Assembly: GCA_017534425.1 (NCBI GenBank)
Contig: JAFXWB010000002.1
Location: 1 to 62,998 of the forward strand
Reading direction: 5' to 3'
DNA from: Bacilli bacterium
GTDB lineage: Bacteria; Bacillota_I; Bacilli_A; RFN20; CAG-826
Length of the DNA: 62,998 nt
In this document: positions 33,641-41,136 of the stretch, in pieces
How positions within the stretch are numbered: the first letter of the stretch is position 1
Layout: the number at the start of each line of letters is the position of its first letter
Position numbers and translations under genes: made by a program
Notes under the pieces: model-generated
The model's database searches: none
Seen by the model: only the letters and a program-made list of their open reading frames with translations
Told to the model about the DNA's origin: nothing

Positions 33641-34141
33641 AAAACATATAGTAAAGAGGCTGTTGAATATATAGCTAAATTATGTGATGGCGGGCTTAGG
33701 GATGGCATTACACTTCTCGATAAGTGTTTAGCATATTCAAACGAATTGACTCTTCAAAATGTAGTATCAGCTCTTGGTGTTGTTGACTATGATTGTATGA
33801 TTGAATTAACTGATATTATAACCGATAAAAATACTCAAGCAATGATAGTTTCTGTTGAAAATATATATAATAGTGGTAAAGACATTAAACAATTCGTTAA
33901 GCAATACGTTCAGTTTTTATTAGACGTAAATAAGTACTTTGTAGGTTGTAGTTGGGAGTATATTGGTATTCCAAAACTTGAGAAGTATGAAGCATGGTTA
34001 AAAGATAATTGTACTGAATATTATGTGAATAAAATACGTGATTTACTTTCCACTATGGTTGATTTAGACGGTAGGATAAAATACAGTAGTTCACCTAAAT
34101 ATGATATTGAAGCTACACTACTTTTGGAGATTACAAAATGA
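33638..34141 (+). CDS. dnaX: Clamp-loader large subunit (DnaX-like), C-terminal fragment
   Basis: ATG 33638 lies 7 nt after GAGGAGG. KTYSKEAVEYIAKLCDGGLRDGITLLDK continues the DnaX domain II/III consensus exactly where the N-fragment stops. Confidence 0.75.
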   Translation: MKTYSKEAVEYIAKLCDGGLRDGITLLDKCLAYSNELTLQNVVSALGVVDYDCMIELTDIITDKNTQAMIVSVENIYNSGKDIKQFVKQYVQFLLDVNKYFVGCSWEYIGIPKLEKYEAWLKDNCTEYYVNKIRDLLSTMVDLDGRIKYSSSPKYDIEATLLLEITK

Positions 34142-34965
34142 TTGGACAAAAAGAATTAATAATGAGGTTAAATGATTTAATAAATATTGGTAAATTCCCT
34201 AGTTTTTGTATATTAGTCGGTCCTCGTGGTAGTGGTAAAAAGTTGATGGCGGATAATATTGTATCCTGGTTAAAATCATCTGATATGTATCCTAATCATA
34301 TTGTTAAATATACATTACCAGATTTAAGGGTTGATACAGTTAGACAAATGATTGAAGATGCGTATACTATAAAAGAGTTTACTGTAATGATAATAGAAGA
34401 CGCAGATACAATGTCATTAAATGCTAAAAATGCATTGTTGAAAATAACTGAAGAACCGCCTGAAAATGTTATATTCATAATGACTTTAAGAGATTTGTCT
34501 AACACTTTACCGACAATAAAAAGTCGAGCAAATTACTTTCAAATGGACATATATACAATAGACGAGATTTTAGAGTATGCAAAATTGTCTAACGAAGATT
34601 CAAGAATTTTGTCGGTATGTGAAACACCCGGGGAAGTTGATTTGATGAAAAAATGTGGAATAAAAGAATTGTCTGAATATGTTAATCTTGTTATTGATAA
34701 TATTGCAGAAGTTCAGCCAGCAAATGCATTTAAAAGTTCATCTAAACTTGCATTGAAAACAGATGAAGGTATTGATTTAGGATTATTTTGGAAAGTATTT
34801 ATAGACCAATGTGCATACAGGATGATATATGGTGGGGATAAAAAGAAATATGCGCAAGGAGTATTGTGTACTGCTGATTTTGTTAAATGTTTGAATAGTA
34901 ATAATGTTAATAAATCTCAATTATATGATTCTTGGGTATTTGATATACGAAAGGTTTGGGGATAA
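34138..34965 (+). CDS. holB: Clamp-loader small subunit (delta-prime-like AAA+)
   Basis: Walker A GPRGSGKK, MIIEDAD, LKITEEPP, TIKSRA. Confidence 0.6.
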   Translation: MIGQKELIMRLNDLINIGKFPSFCILVGPRGSGKKLMADNIVSWLKSSDMYPNHIVKYTLPDLRVDTVRQMIEDAYTIKEFTVMIIEDADTMSLNAKNALLKITEEPPENVIFIMTLRDLSNTLPTIKSRANYFQMDIYTIDEILEYAKLSNEDSRILSVCETPGEVDLMKKCGIKELSEYVNLVIDNIAEVQPANAFKSSSKLALKTDEGIDLGLFWKVFIDQCAYRMIYGGDKKKYAQGVLCTADFVKCLNSNNVNKSQLYDSWVFDIRKVWG

Positions 34966-35897
34966 TGGACTTATTAGAACTAAAAAGTCAAATAATGCAC
35001 AATGAATTATCTAATTTTTATATATTTACAGGTACTGAAATCAGTATTCAGCGAATATATTTAAATCAAATTTCTAAAGTACTCAATATGCCAATAAATC
35101 GAGTAGATAGCGTAGCGAGTATATATGGCATGTGTACAACAAAAGGACTATTTGGTAATACAAATAGTCTTTATGTAATTAGAGAAGACCGAGATATAAT
35201 GAAACAAGAAAAAGTATATGAAACATTATCAAAAGACATAGGCGGTAATGTGATTATACTATTGTATGAAAAGATTGATAGTAGGTTAAAGTTTGGTAAA
35301 TACTTTAAAAACGTAATTGTTCCTTTTGAAAAACTGTCTAACAATGTCCTTAAAATGTACATTAAAAAAGAAATTGACCTCGACCAAAAACACCTCGAAG
35401 ACTTGTCTAACAAAGTTTCTGGCTCATATGACATTGCGCTGCTCGAAGCGGATAAGATAAAAAAATTCAGCGAAGCACAAAACATTTCAGCAAATTCTGC
35501 AATGGATAAACTTGTTCAGATGGGAATGATTGTACAAGAAGAAGATACTGATGTATTTAGATGGGTTGCGGCTGTAATGAATAGACAGGTTACATTGTCG
35601 TTTCATTTAGCTAAAATTTTATTAAATAAAGGAACTCAGCCAATAAATATGTTAGGTACTTTATATAATAGTGTAAAAACAGTACTATTAATTCAATGTT
35701 GTGAAGGCAGAGATATTAGTGGTATTACCGGATTAGATGGTGGTCAGATATATTTCAATAAACCATATATTAATGTATATCAAACATATGAATTGGTAGA
35801 TAGTATGAAGAGGCTTTCGAGAATCATCAATAATATAAAAAATGGTACAATTGATAATCAATTTGCTATTGATTTAGCGCTGACACAGATGCTTTGA
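34965..35897 (+). CDS. holA: Clamp-loader delta-like subunit
   Basis: TAATG-coupled ATG 34965. The length of about 310 aa and the N-terminal FYIFTGTE..IQRIYLNQI pattern are typical of HolA. Position follows the other loader subunits. Confidence 0.45.
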   Translation: MDLLELKSQIMHNELSNFYIFTGTEISIQRIYLNQISKVLNMPINRVDSVASIYGMCTTKGLFGNTNSLYVIREDRDIMKQEKVYETLSKDIGGNVIILLYEKIDSRLKFGKYFKNVIVPFEKLSNNVLKMYIKKEIDLDQKHLEDLSNKVSGSYDIALLEADKIKKFSEAQNISANSAMDKLVQMGMIVQEEDTDVFRWVAAVMNRQVTLSFHLAKILLNKGTQPINMLGTLYNSVKTVLLIQCCEGRDISGITGLDGGQIYFNKPYINVYQTYELVDSMKRLSRIINNIKNGTIDNQFAIDLALTQML

Positions 35898-35966
35898 TTC
35901 TGATATGTGTTTTTACTATTATAATATGAAGTAATTTTTTCGTCTTAAATTTGTTAAAAATAACCT

Positions 35967-35995
35967 TTGCAATTTTGAATAGATTGTAATACAAT
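35967..35995 (+). promoter_or_regulatory. Family promoter P4
   Basis: TTGCAA, 17-nt spacer TTTTGAATAGATTGTAA, TACAAT (35990-35995). Confidence 0.6.
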
Positions 35996-36037
35996 AAAAT
36001 CACAACAACAAAACAACAACTTTAAGGAGGAAAAATT

Positions 36038-36286
36038 ATGTTGAATAAGGAAACCATTGATAAAAGGGTACAGGAGTTACATGACAAGGCAAATCGTATT
36101 TCAACTTTTGTAGAAATTTATGAAAAGGTTGAAACTGAGATGAAGTGGAATGCAATGGATTGGCATGAACAGGACGAGGAACACGAGAACACATGGTTCA
36201 CTGAACCCACACCTGAAAGTTATAGATACAATGCATTTTGCGCATATCAGGAAGCTCTTGAGGCGATTGAGAAGTTGATGAAATAA
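36038..36286 (+). CDS. Hypothetical acidic protein
   Basis: 82-aa ORF with SD AAGGAGG upstream. Confidence 0.55.
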   Translation: MLNKETIDKRVQELHDKANRISTFVEIYEKVETEMKWNAMDWHEQDEEHENTWFTEPTPESYRYNAFCAYQEALEAIEKLMK

Positions 36287-36298
36287 GTAGGGCATTAT

Positions 36299-36511
36299 AT
36301 GTATACAGATATAAATTTTAAGACTAAAAAAGCACTTAAGGAAGCAGTTGCAAGTGGTAAGAAAGTGACATACTATCAACCAGGTGGATTTTTTAGTGGT
36401 GAAGTTCCACAGAATGGTACAATTTGTGTAGAAGGACCGCACTATCCCGAACCTCATAGGTGGTATGCGGAATGTAAAGTTGAAAATGGGGTAATTATTT
36501 CAGTAAAATAA
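36299..36511 (+). CDS. Hypothetical protein
   Basis: 70-aa ORF. Confidence 0.5.
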   Translation: MYTDINFKTKKALKEAVASGKKVTYYQPGGFFSGEVPQNGTICVEGPHYPEPHRWYAECKVENGVIISVK

Positions 36512-36524
36512 AAAGGGGATAAAA

Positions 36525-36695
36525 ATGAGGGTATTTGTTTATAGCAAGAAAACAAGTAAAACAGTAGCACAAATAAATCATGTAGAAAGTGTTAGTGAGC
36601 CTGAAGGTGGCTCACTAATTACTTTTACAACAGAAAGTGGCGAACATTTTTCATTCAACAAGAAAGAAGTTAAAACTACCACATATCAGAATTAA
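36525..36695 (+). CDS. Hypothetical 56-aa protein (below the ORF-track cutoff)
   Basis: SD AAAGGGGA. MRVFVYSKKTSKTVAQINHVESVSEPEGGSLITFTTESGEHFSFNKKEVKTTTYQN. Confidence 0.4.
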   Translation: MRVFVYSKKTSKTVAQINHVESVSEPEGGSLITFTTESGEHFSFNKKEVKTTTYQN

Positions 36696-36705
36696 GGAGA
36701 ATATT

Positions 36706-37092
36706 ATGACATATTTAGAAAAACAGATTAGAGATGAATTGGTAAGAAGGGATTTATTATTAGTAGAAGGAACAATTGAATCTGCTGCTCAGTATATCGA
36801 GCAGCAGAATGAAAATTGTGATGAAATATATACTATTCGTATGTGGATAGAAGACACACGTAAAAATTATCCAGGACAAATTGAGGATTGGCGTAGGGTT
36901 TGTAATAGAGTAACTTGTTACTTCACTGAACAAGATGCAATGTGTTTAGACCAGACTGGAAGATTACCAAATATGGTAGATTATATTGGTGCAGCTGAAA
37001 GTGAAGACTTTAGGGATAAAGTTGGTTATCCTGTAACTCTTGAAACTTATTTTAGATTACTTATGAAATGGTATGAGGAAAGTATATGTTAA
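36706..37092 (+). CDS. Hypothetical protein
   Basis: 128 aa from ATG 36706 (SD AAGGAGA). The track start at 36637 is unlikely. Confidence 0.55.
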   Translation: MTYLEKQIRDELVRRDLLLVEGTIESAAQYIEQQNENCDEIYTIRMWIEDTRKNYPGQIEDWRRVCNRVTCYFTEQDAMCLDQTGRLPNMVDYIGAAESEDFRDKVGYPVTLETYFRLLMKWYEESIC

Positions 37093-37247
37093 AAACACAT
37101 TGTATTCGTTGTGGACGGAAGTTGAAAACATTAGAATCACAAGAATTAGGTTTTGGTAAAATATGTTGGGAAAAGTGGAACAGTGGTAGTAATATTAAGC
37201 CACTGTTTACTTTGGAGGATATGAATGTTAAGAAAGATAATAAGTGA
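37086..37247 (+). CDS. 53-aa DUF6011-like zinc-ribbon peptide (below the ORF-track cutoff)
   Basis: CIRCGRKLKTLESQELGFGKICWEKW fits the C..CGR.L....S...G.G..C pattern. Confidence 0.4.
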   Translation: MLKTHCIRCGRKLKTLESQELGFGKICWEKWNSGSNIKPLFTLEDMNVKKDNK

Positions 37248-37779
37248 TAGTGTATTAACCGGATTTACTGCAATACTACTTGTAACTAATCAGCCGGAAG
37301 TTATAGTTGAAACAGAAGTATATAATCAAGAAGTTGCTATTGAAGATACTGAAATACCAACTAGGGTTTTACATTCAGATAATACAGTTGATGAAGAACA
37401 AGATGAAATTCGTAATGAAATCATGTATGGCGAGATTGAAGAATTAGCACTGTTAATTCAAGCTGAAGCCGGAAATCAAGATGAATTAGGGAAACGATAT
37501 GTAGCAGATTGCGTATTAAATAGGGTTGATGATAGTGTATTCCCAGAAAATATACATGATGTGATATATCAGATAAATCCTGTTCAGTTTTCAACTACAA
37601 AAGATGGTAGTATTGAGAAAGCGGGATATGAAGTGACCGAAGATTGTTTTACTATTGCATTAGAGGAATATGAAAATAGAACAAATACTGATATAATATA
37701 TTTTAGAACAGACCATTACAGTGAATGTGGTAAGCCAGCATTTAAACATGGAGACCATTATTTCAGCACAGGTAGGTGA
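37225..37779 (+). CDS. SleB-type (Hydrolase_2) cell-wall hydrolase with N-terminal membrane anchor
   Basis: LALLIQAEAGNQDELGKRYVADCVLNRVDDSVFPENIHDVIYQINPVQFSTT is the SleB-family core. N-terminal TM VLTGFTAILLV. Confidence 0.7.
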   Translation: MLRKIISDSVLTGFTAILLVTNQPEVIVETEVYNQEVAIEDTEIPTRVLHSDNTVDEEQDEIRNEIMYGEIEELALLIQAEAGNQDELGKRYVADCVLNRVDDSVFPENIHDVIYQINPVQFSTTKDGSIEKAGYEVTEDCFTIALEEYENRTNTDIIYFRTDHYSECGKPAFKHGDHYFSTGR

Positions 37780-37782
37780 ATT

Positions 37783-38181
37783 ATGCAGAGTAACTCTCAA
37801 TTGATATATAAATTACAAGTAGCATTGAATAGTAGGGGGTTAAGAGTACTTTGTAATAGGTCACAATTTTATTCTTCCCAGCAAAATAGACCTGTAACTA
37901 TATATAAAGTGGCTCAATCCATTACTAACCCAGTTACAATGAAAAATAATCACAAAGAATTATTCAGTTCGGCAAGTGAAATTCAAGTTGTTTTATTTAT
38001 GCGGAATTTATGGTATGCAGTAAATGGATGGGATATACCACCAACAAATAAGATGAAAGGAGCAGACGTATTTGAAGCGGCATGGAGAAATTTTGAAGAA
38101 AATGAATTGAAATCTGTTTTAGAATTGTCTAACAATACGTATGAAAATACGTCTGATAATCCAGAAAGCAATGAAGAATAG
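37783..38181 (+). CDS. Hypothetical protein
   Basis: 132-aa ORF. Confidence 0.5.
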   Translation: MQSNSQLIYKLQVALNSRGLRVLCNRSQFYSSQQNRPVTIYKVAQSITNPVTMKNNHKELFSSASEIQVVLFMRNLWYAVNGWDIPPTNKMKGADVFEAAWRNFEENELKSVLELSNNTYENTSDNPESNEE

Positions 38182-38320
38182 ACCATGTGAAAACTGTTAC
38201 AGAAAATTTGAACAACATTGTTGTCCTTGCCGGGAATATCAGAAATGGGAAAAACTCAATGAACAAGAAACATACTATGTAGATAGATTAAACCGAGTAC
38301 TAAGCTACCTTAAAGGGTAG
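38171..38320 (+). CDS. 49-aa Cys-rich peptide (below the ORF-track cutoff)
   Basis: MKNRPCENCYRKFEQHCCPCREYQKW.... Weak SD. Its 3' end lies in the terminator. Confidence 0.3.
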   Translation: MKNRPCENCYRKFEQHCCPCREYQKWEKLNEQETYYVDRLNRVLSYLKG

Positions 38321-38328
38321 CTTTTTTA
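38302..38328 (+). terminator. Rho-independent terminator
   Basis: AAGCTACC / GGTAGCTT stem followed by TTTTT. Confidence 0.75.
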
Positions 38329-38342
38329 TTACAAAATAATCT

Positions 38343-38371
38343 TTGCATTTTACAATAGATTGTATTACAAT
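38343..38371 (+). promoter_or_regulatory. Family promoter P5
   Basis: TTGCAT, 17-nt spacer TTTACAATAGATTGTAT, TACAAT (38366-38371). Confidence 0.55.
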
Positions 38372-38460
38372 ATAATTAACAACAAACAACAGTAAGTCCC
38401 ACTGCTGCTAAGTATACCTTCGGTAGTGGTACTGAAAATTAAGATGAAAGGGTATGTGAT

Positions 38461-38691
38461 ATGTTTGGAAAATATGTACATATTAAAGGAACAGAAAAGT
38501 TAGGAAAATACTATTGTGAAGACTGCAAGAGTTGGTTTGATGAACCTAATGTAATTGAATACGATGAATCAAGAGGCGAGTATTGGGGAATTCCTTGTTC
38601 AGAGCATATGGTTGAATGGTATTGTCCATATTGTAATGAAGAAGGAATAATTAGTGCTAATGATATTATTATTGACGAGGAGGAAGAATAA
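38461..38691 (+). CDS. Acidic zinc-ribbon protein
   Basis: 76 aa. CEDC...CPYC. Confidence 0.55.
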   Translation: MFGKYVHIKGTEKLGKYYCEDCKSWFDEPNVIEYDESRGEYWGIPCSEHMVEWYCPYCNEEGIISANDIIIDEEEE

Positions 38692-38692
38692 T

Positions 38693-38839
38693 ATGATTTT
38701 AGAAGAGATAATGAAAATAATCCAGGATTGTGAAGATATACAGGAAAGTCACGAAAGTGCATATACAAAAGAGCAAGCTAAAATTCATGCATATGAAGAA
38801 ATTAAGGAATTAACCATAGTAAGAAAAGAGGAAAAGTGA
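38693..38839 (+). CDS. Hypothetical 48-aa protein
   Basis: ATG 38693 follows GAGGAGGAAGAA. The track start at 38654 is unlikely. Confidence 0.45.
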   Translation: MILEEIMKIIQDCEDIQESHESAYTKEQAKIHAYEEIKELTIVRKEEK

Positions 38840-39075
38840 TGGATATTATATTTGTAAGACGTGGTAGTACAGAATACTATAAATCATTTGAAGAAATTCC
38901 ATATAAAGTTAGGGGTTATTCAGAAGATTTATCTGAATTAAGAGCACAAGGACGTTGTGTTCATCGTGCTGAACTTGATAACAAGCCGGAATATGAGGGA
39001 TTTATAGGACCAATGTGGGACGGTGGTAGATTTAGATATGAAACTCAGGAAGTTTACGATATTCTGAGTATGTGA
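38839..39075 (+). CDS. Hypothetical protein
   Basis: 78 aa with TGATG coupling and SD AGAGGAAAA. Confidence 0.55.
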   Translation: MDIIFVRRGSTEYYKSFEEIPYKVRGYSEDLSELRAQGRCVHRAELDNKPEYEGFIGPMWDGGRFRYETQEVYDILSM

Positions 39076-39083
39076 GGTGTTAG

Positions 39084-39197
39084 ATGAAATATTATATTGT
39101 TTGGTTTACAGATATTGATATGCAAGAAGAATATGAAACGTATGTAATATTCCAAGCTAAAGATTTGAAAGACGCAAACGAAAAGGCGTTTAAAATA
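39084..39197 (+). CDS. Possible 37-aa ORF
   Basis: SD GAGGTG. A second open frame continues to 39238 without a start codon. Confidence 0.25.
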
Positions 39198-39251
39198 GCT
39201 GGTGATTATGTTATTTCTGTAGAACCATATAATCCTTGAAAGGAGTAGAGT

Positions 39252-39491
39252 ATGAAGTGCGGTTGTGAGAATTGTAAACACTGTAAAGTCTATAAGGGTG
39301 ATTATTGGACACCTGATGATTATGATTGTACTAAGGCAGATGAATTAACTATGTCAGAAGAAATGTTTGTAAGGGTTTGGGAAAACTGTGAAACATGGGA
39401 AAGTGGCGAAGAACCATTATGCGAACAATGGGAAGAAGTTACAGATGAATATTGGGATAAATATGCATACGAAGAGAGGTATACAGAATGA
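39252..39491 (+). CDS. Highly acidic Cys-containing small protein
   Basis: 79 aa, SD AAAGGAG. Rich in D/E/W (…CEQWEEVTDEYWDKYAYEERYTE). Confidence 0.55.
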   Translation: MKCGCENCKHCKVYKGDYWTPDDYDCTKADELTMSEEMFVRVWENCETWESGEEPLCEQWEEVTDEYWDKYAYEERYTE

Positions 39492-39835
39492 GTTGTAAAG
39501 CAATAAACTGTTACATGTATAAGACATGCTTGGCTAAATATGATTGTGCAGATTTTTGTTGTGCAGATTACAGAATGAAAGAGGATAAACCGAAGTCAGA
39601 AAAACAAAGAATATTAGAAATGAAATCTATTGCATATTATTCAGGATTGAATGGCTTAGAAATAAAAACTATTGAATACGGAATAGACAATTACGTTTTG
39701 TGTGTTTCAGGTGTATGGAACGGAAAACCGCAGCCACACAAGGTTAGACTTTATTGTGATAGTAAAGGTAATTACTACTTTAAAGTATACTATTTTAAAG
39801 TATACTTAAGTGAATGTATAAGGATGGGTGTATAA
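39488..39835 (+). CDS. Hypothetical protein
   Basis: 115-aa ORF with ATGA overlap. Confidence 0.55.
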   Translation: MSCKAINCYMYKTCLAKYDCADFCCADYRMKEDKPKSEKQRILEMKSIAYYSGLNGLEIKTIEYGIDNYVLCVSGVWNGKPQPHKVRLYCDSKGNYYFKVYYFKVYLSECIRMGV

Positions 39836-39837
39836 TT

Positions 39838-40008
39838 ATGAAGAAAATTAGGTTAAGAAATGATTTGAAGATTTCAGGTTATGGTATGATACTTAAAGGC
39901 ACTGAATATAAGGTAGAAAAATATAATACAAGATATGTCTATATTAGAGTAGAAAGTGGCGCATTACTAAGATTAGCAAGACGTGGTGATTGTGAGGTGG
40001 TTTACTAA
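39838..40008 (+). CDS. Hypothetical 56-aa protein
   Basis: The ATG at 39838 gives MKKIRLRN.... The track start at 39814 is unlikely. Confidence 0.45.
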   Translation: MKKIRLRNDLKISGYGMILKGTEYKVEKYNTRYVYIRVESGALLRLARRGDCEVVY

Positions 40009-40148
40009 TGATAGTATATGAAGATGGGGTAGCAATCGTTTACTGCGATTGCTGCGGTAATGAATGTCTGGACGGATATGAAAATATTGATGGGATGGAC
40101 ATCTGTCTGAACTGCGTAAATGAAAATAACCTTTGTAATTTTGAATAG
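40008..40148 (+). CDS. 46-aa zinc-ribbon peptide (below the ORF-track cutoff)
   Basis: TAATG coupling, SD GAGGTGG. CDCCGNEC...CLNC. Confidence 0.4.
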   Translation: MIVYEDGVAIVYCDCCGNECLDGYENIDGMDICLNCVNENNLCNFE

Positions 40149-40161
40149 ATTGTGATACAAT
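40133..40161 (+). promoter_or_regulatory. Family promoter P6
   Basis: TTGTAA, 17-nt spacer TTTTGAATAGATTGTGA, TACAAT (40156-40161). Confidence 0.6.
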
Positions 40162-40209
40162 AAATACATAATAAAACAACAAATAACACAACAATGAAAG
40201 AAGTATGCT

Positions 40210-40485
40210 ATGACACCAAATCAATTAGAGGAAAGAATTAAAATGGTTAGGGCAATGGAAACAATTGCAAAGAGTATCAACAACGAAGAAATATTAGAAA
40301 GTTGGCTGATGTGTGGTGTTGCAGATGGTGACATTACAGAAGAAACAACTGACGGAGAGTTATATGATTATGTTGAAGATGACATATTTAAAGACTTGAT
40401 GGATTGTTTCATGAAGTGCATGAAAAATGCATACCGAGACGGCGGTTTATATTGTGGTGGAATTACAGGAGGTACAAGGGAATGA
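40210..40485 (+). CDS. Acidic hypothetical protein
   Basis: 91-aa ORF. Confidence 0.5.
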   Translation: MTPNQLEERIKMVRAMETIAKSINNEEILESWLMCGVADGDITEETTDGELYDYVEDDIFKDLMDCFMKCMKNAYRDGGLYCGGITGGTRE

Positions 40486-40700
40486 TTAAAATGACAGCTA
40501 ATACATATTTCAGTAAACACCCTGAAGAACGTAATTATCCTGAGCATATTGGTGCTAAGTATTTTTACGTTTCCACTAATGAAAATTGTCCATGTATTGG
40601 AGTTGAATACGTGACAGGTGATGTTTTCGTGTTCGGGGCAAGATATGACCGAAAAATCGAAGACTTAGATGAATTAGAATTTTATTTAAATAAGGAGTAA
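40482..40700 (+). CDS. Hypothetical 72-aa protein
   Basis: ATGA-coupled ATG 40482 follows AGGAGG. The track start at 40404 is unlikely. Confidence 0.5.
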   Translation: MIKMTANTYFSKHPEERNYPEHIGAKYFYVSTNENCPCIGVEYVTGDVFVFGARYDRKIEDLDELEFYLNKE

Positions 40701-40704
40701 TAAT

Positions 40705-41133
40705 ATGAGTGCATTTATCTGTGATAATAAAACTATCAGTGCAATAGCATTAGCTTTTGTGCAGTATCAGGTAAGTTTTGATGGTTTGCCGCCAAAATCC
40801 GGTATAGACATCGTGTTAGTTGATTTACATAAGGAAGCAACACGTATCGGTCAGGCGTTACTTGAGCAGAATTATGCTAGTGTAAATTATCGATATAGGG
40901 AGAATACTGAAACACCAGAATTTGTTCTTGAAGATGTAAAAATCGATGAAGGGATAGTTATTGGTTGCATGGAATGCTATGAATATCAGGCATGTGAAAC
41001 TGATGATTGGAAAAATAGTTATATCAGAAACAATTTATTAAGATTGCAGCAAAAAATCTTATACAGATTATTATATGCAAGAAATATGCATATTCCTTAC
41101 GGCTATGATGGATTCAATATGATGGAGGGATAA
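40705..41133 (+). CDS. Hypothetical protein
   Basis: 142-aa ORF with SD AAGGAG upstream. Confidence 0.55.
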   Translation: MSAFICDNKTISAIALAFVQYQVSFDGLPPKSGIDIVLVDLHKEATRIGQALLEQNYASVNYRYRENTETPEFVLEDVKIDEGIVIGCMECYEYQACETDDWKNSYIRNNLLRLQQKILYRLLYARNMHIPYGYDGFNMMEG

Positions 41134-41136
41134 ATA

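Noticed and set aside
28591-38133. Additional TGTCTAAC copies at 28591, 34496, 34586, 35335, 35404 and 38126
   Set aside because: All are in frame as (T)TG-TCT-AAC, encoding Leu-Ser-Asn inside genes. They are explained by codon usage and are used only as a background estimate for the intergenic clusters.
39084-39238. A possible frameshifted 51-aa gene. One frame stops at 39197, and a second open frame continues to 39238.
   Set aside because: The second frame has no start codon and there is no recognisable slippery site. On sequence alone this cannot be distinguished from a simple 37-aa ORF followed by spacer.
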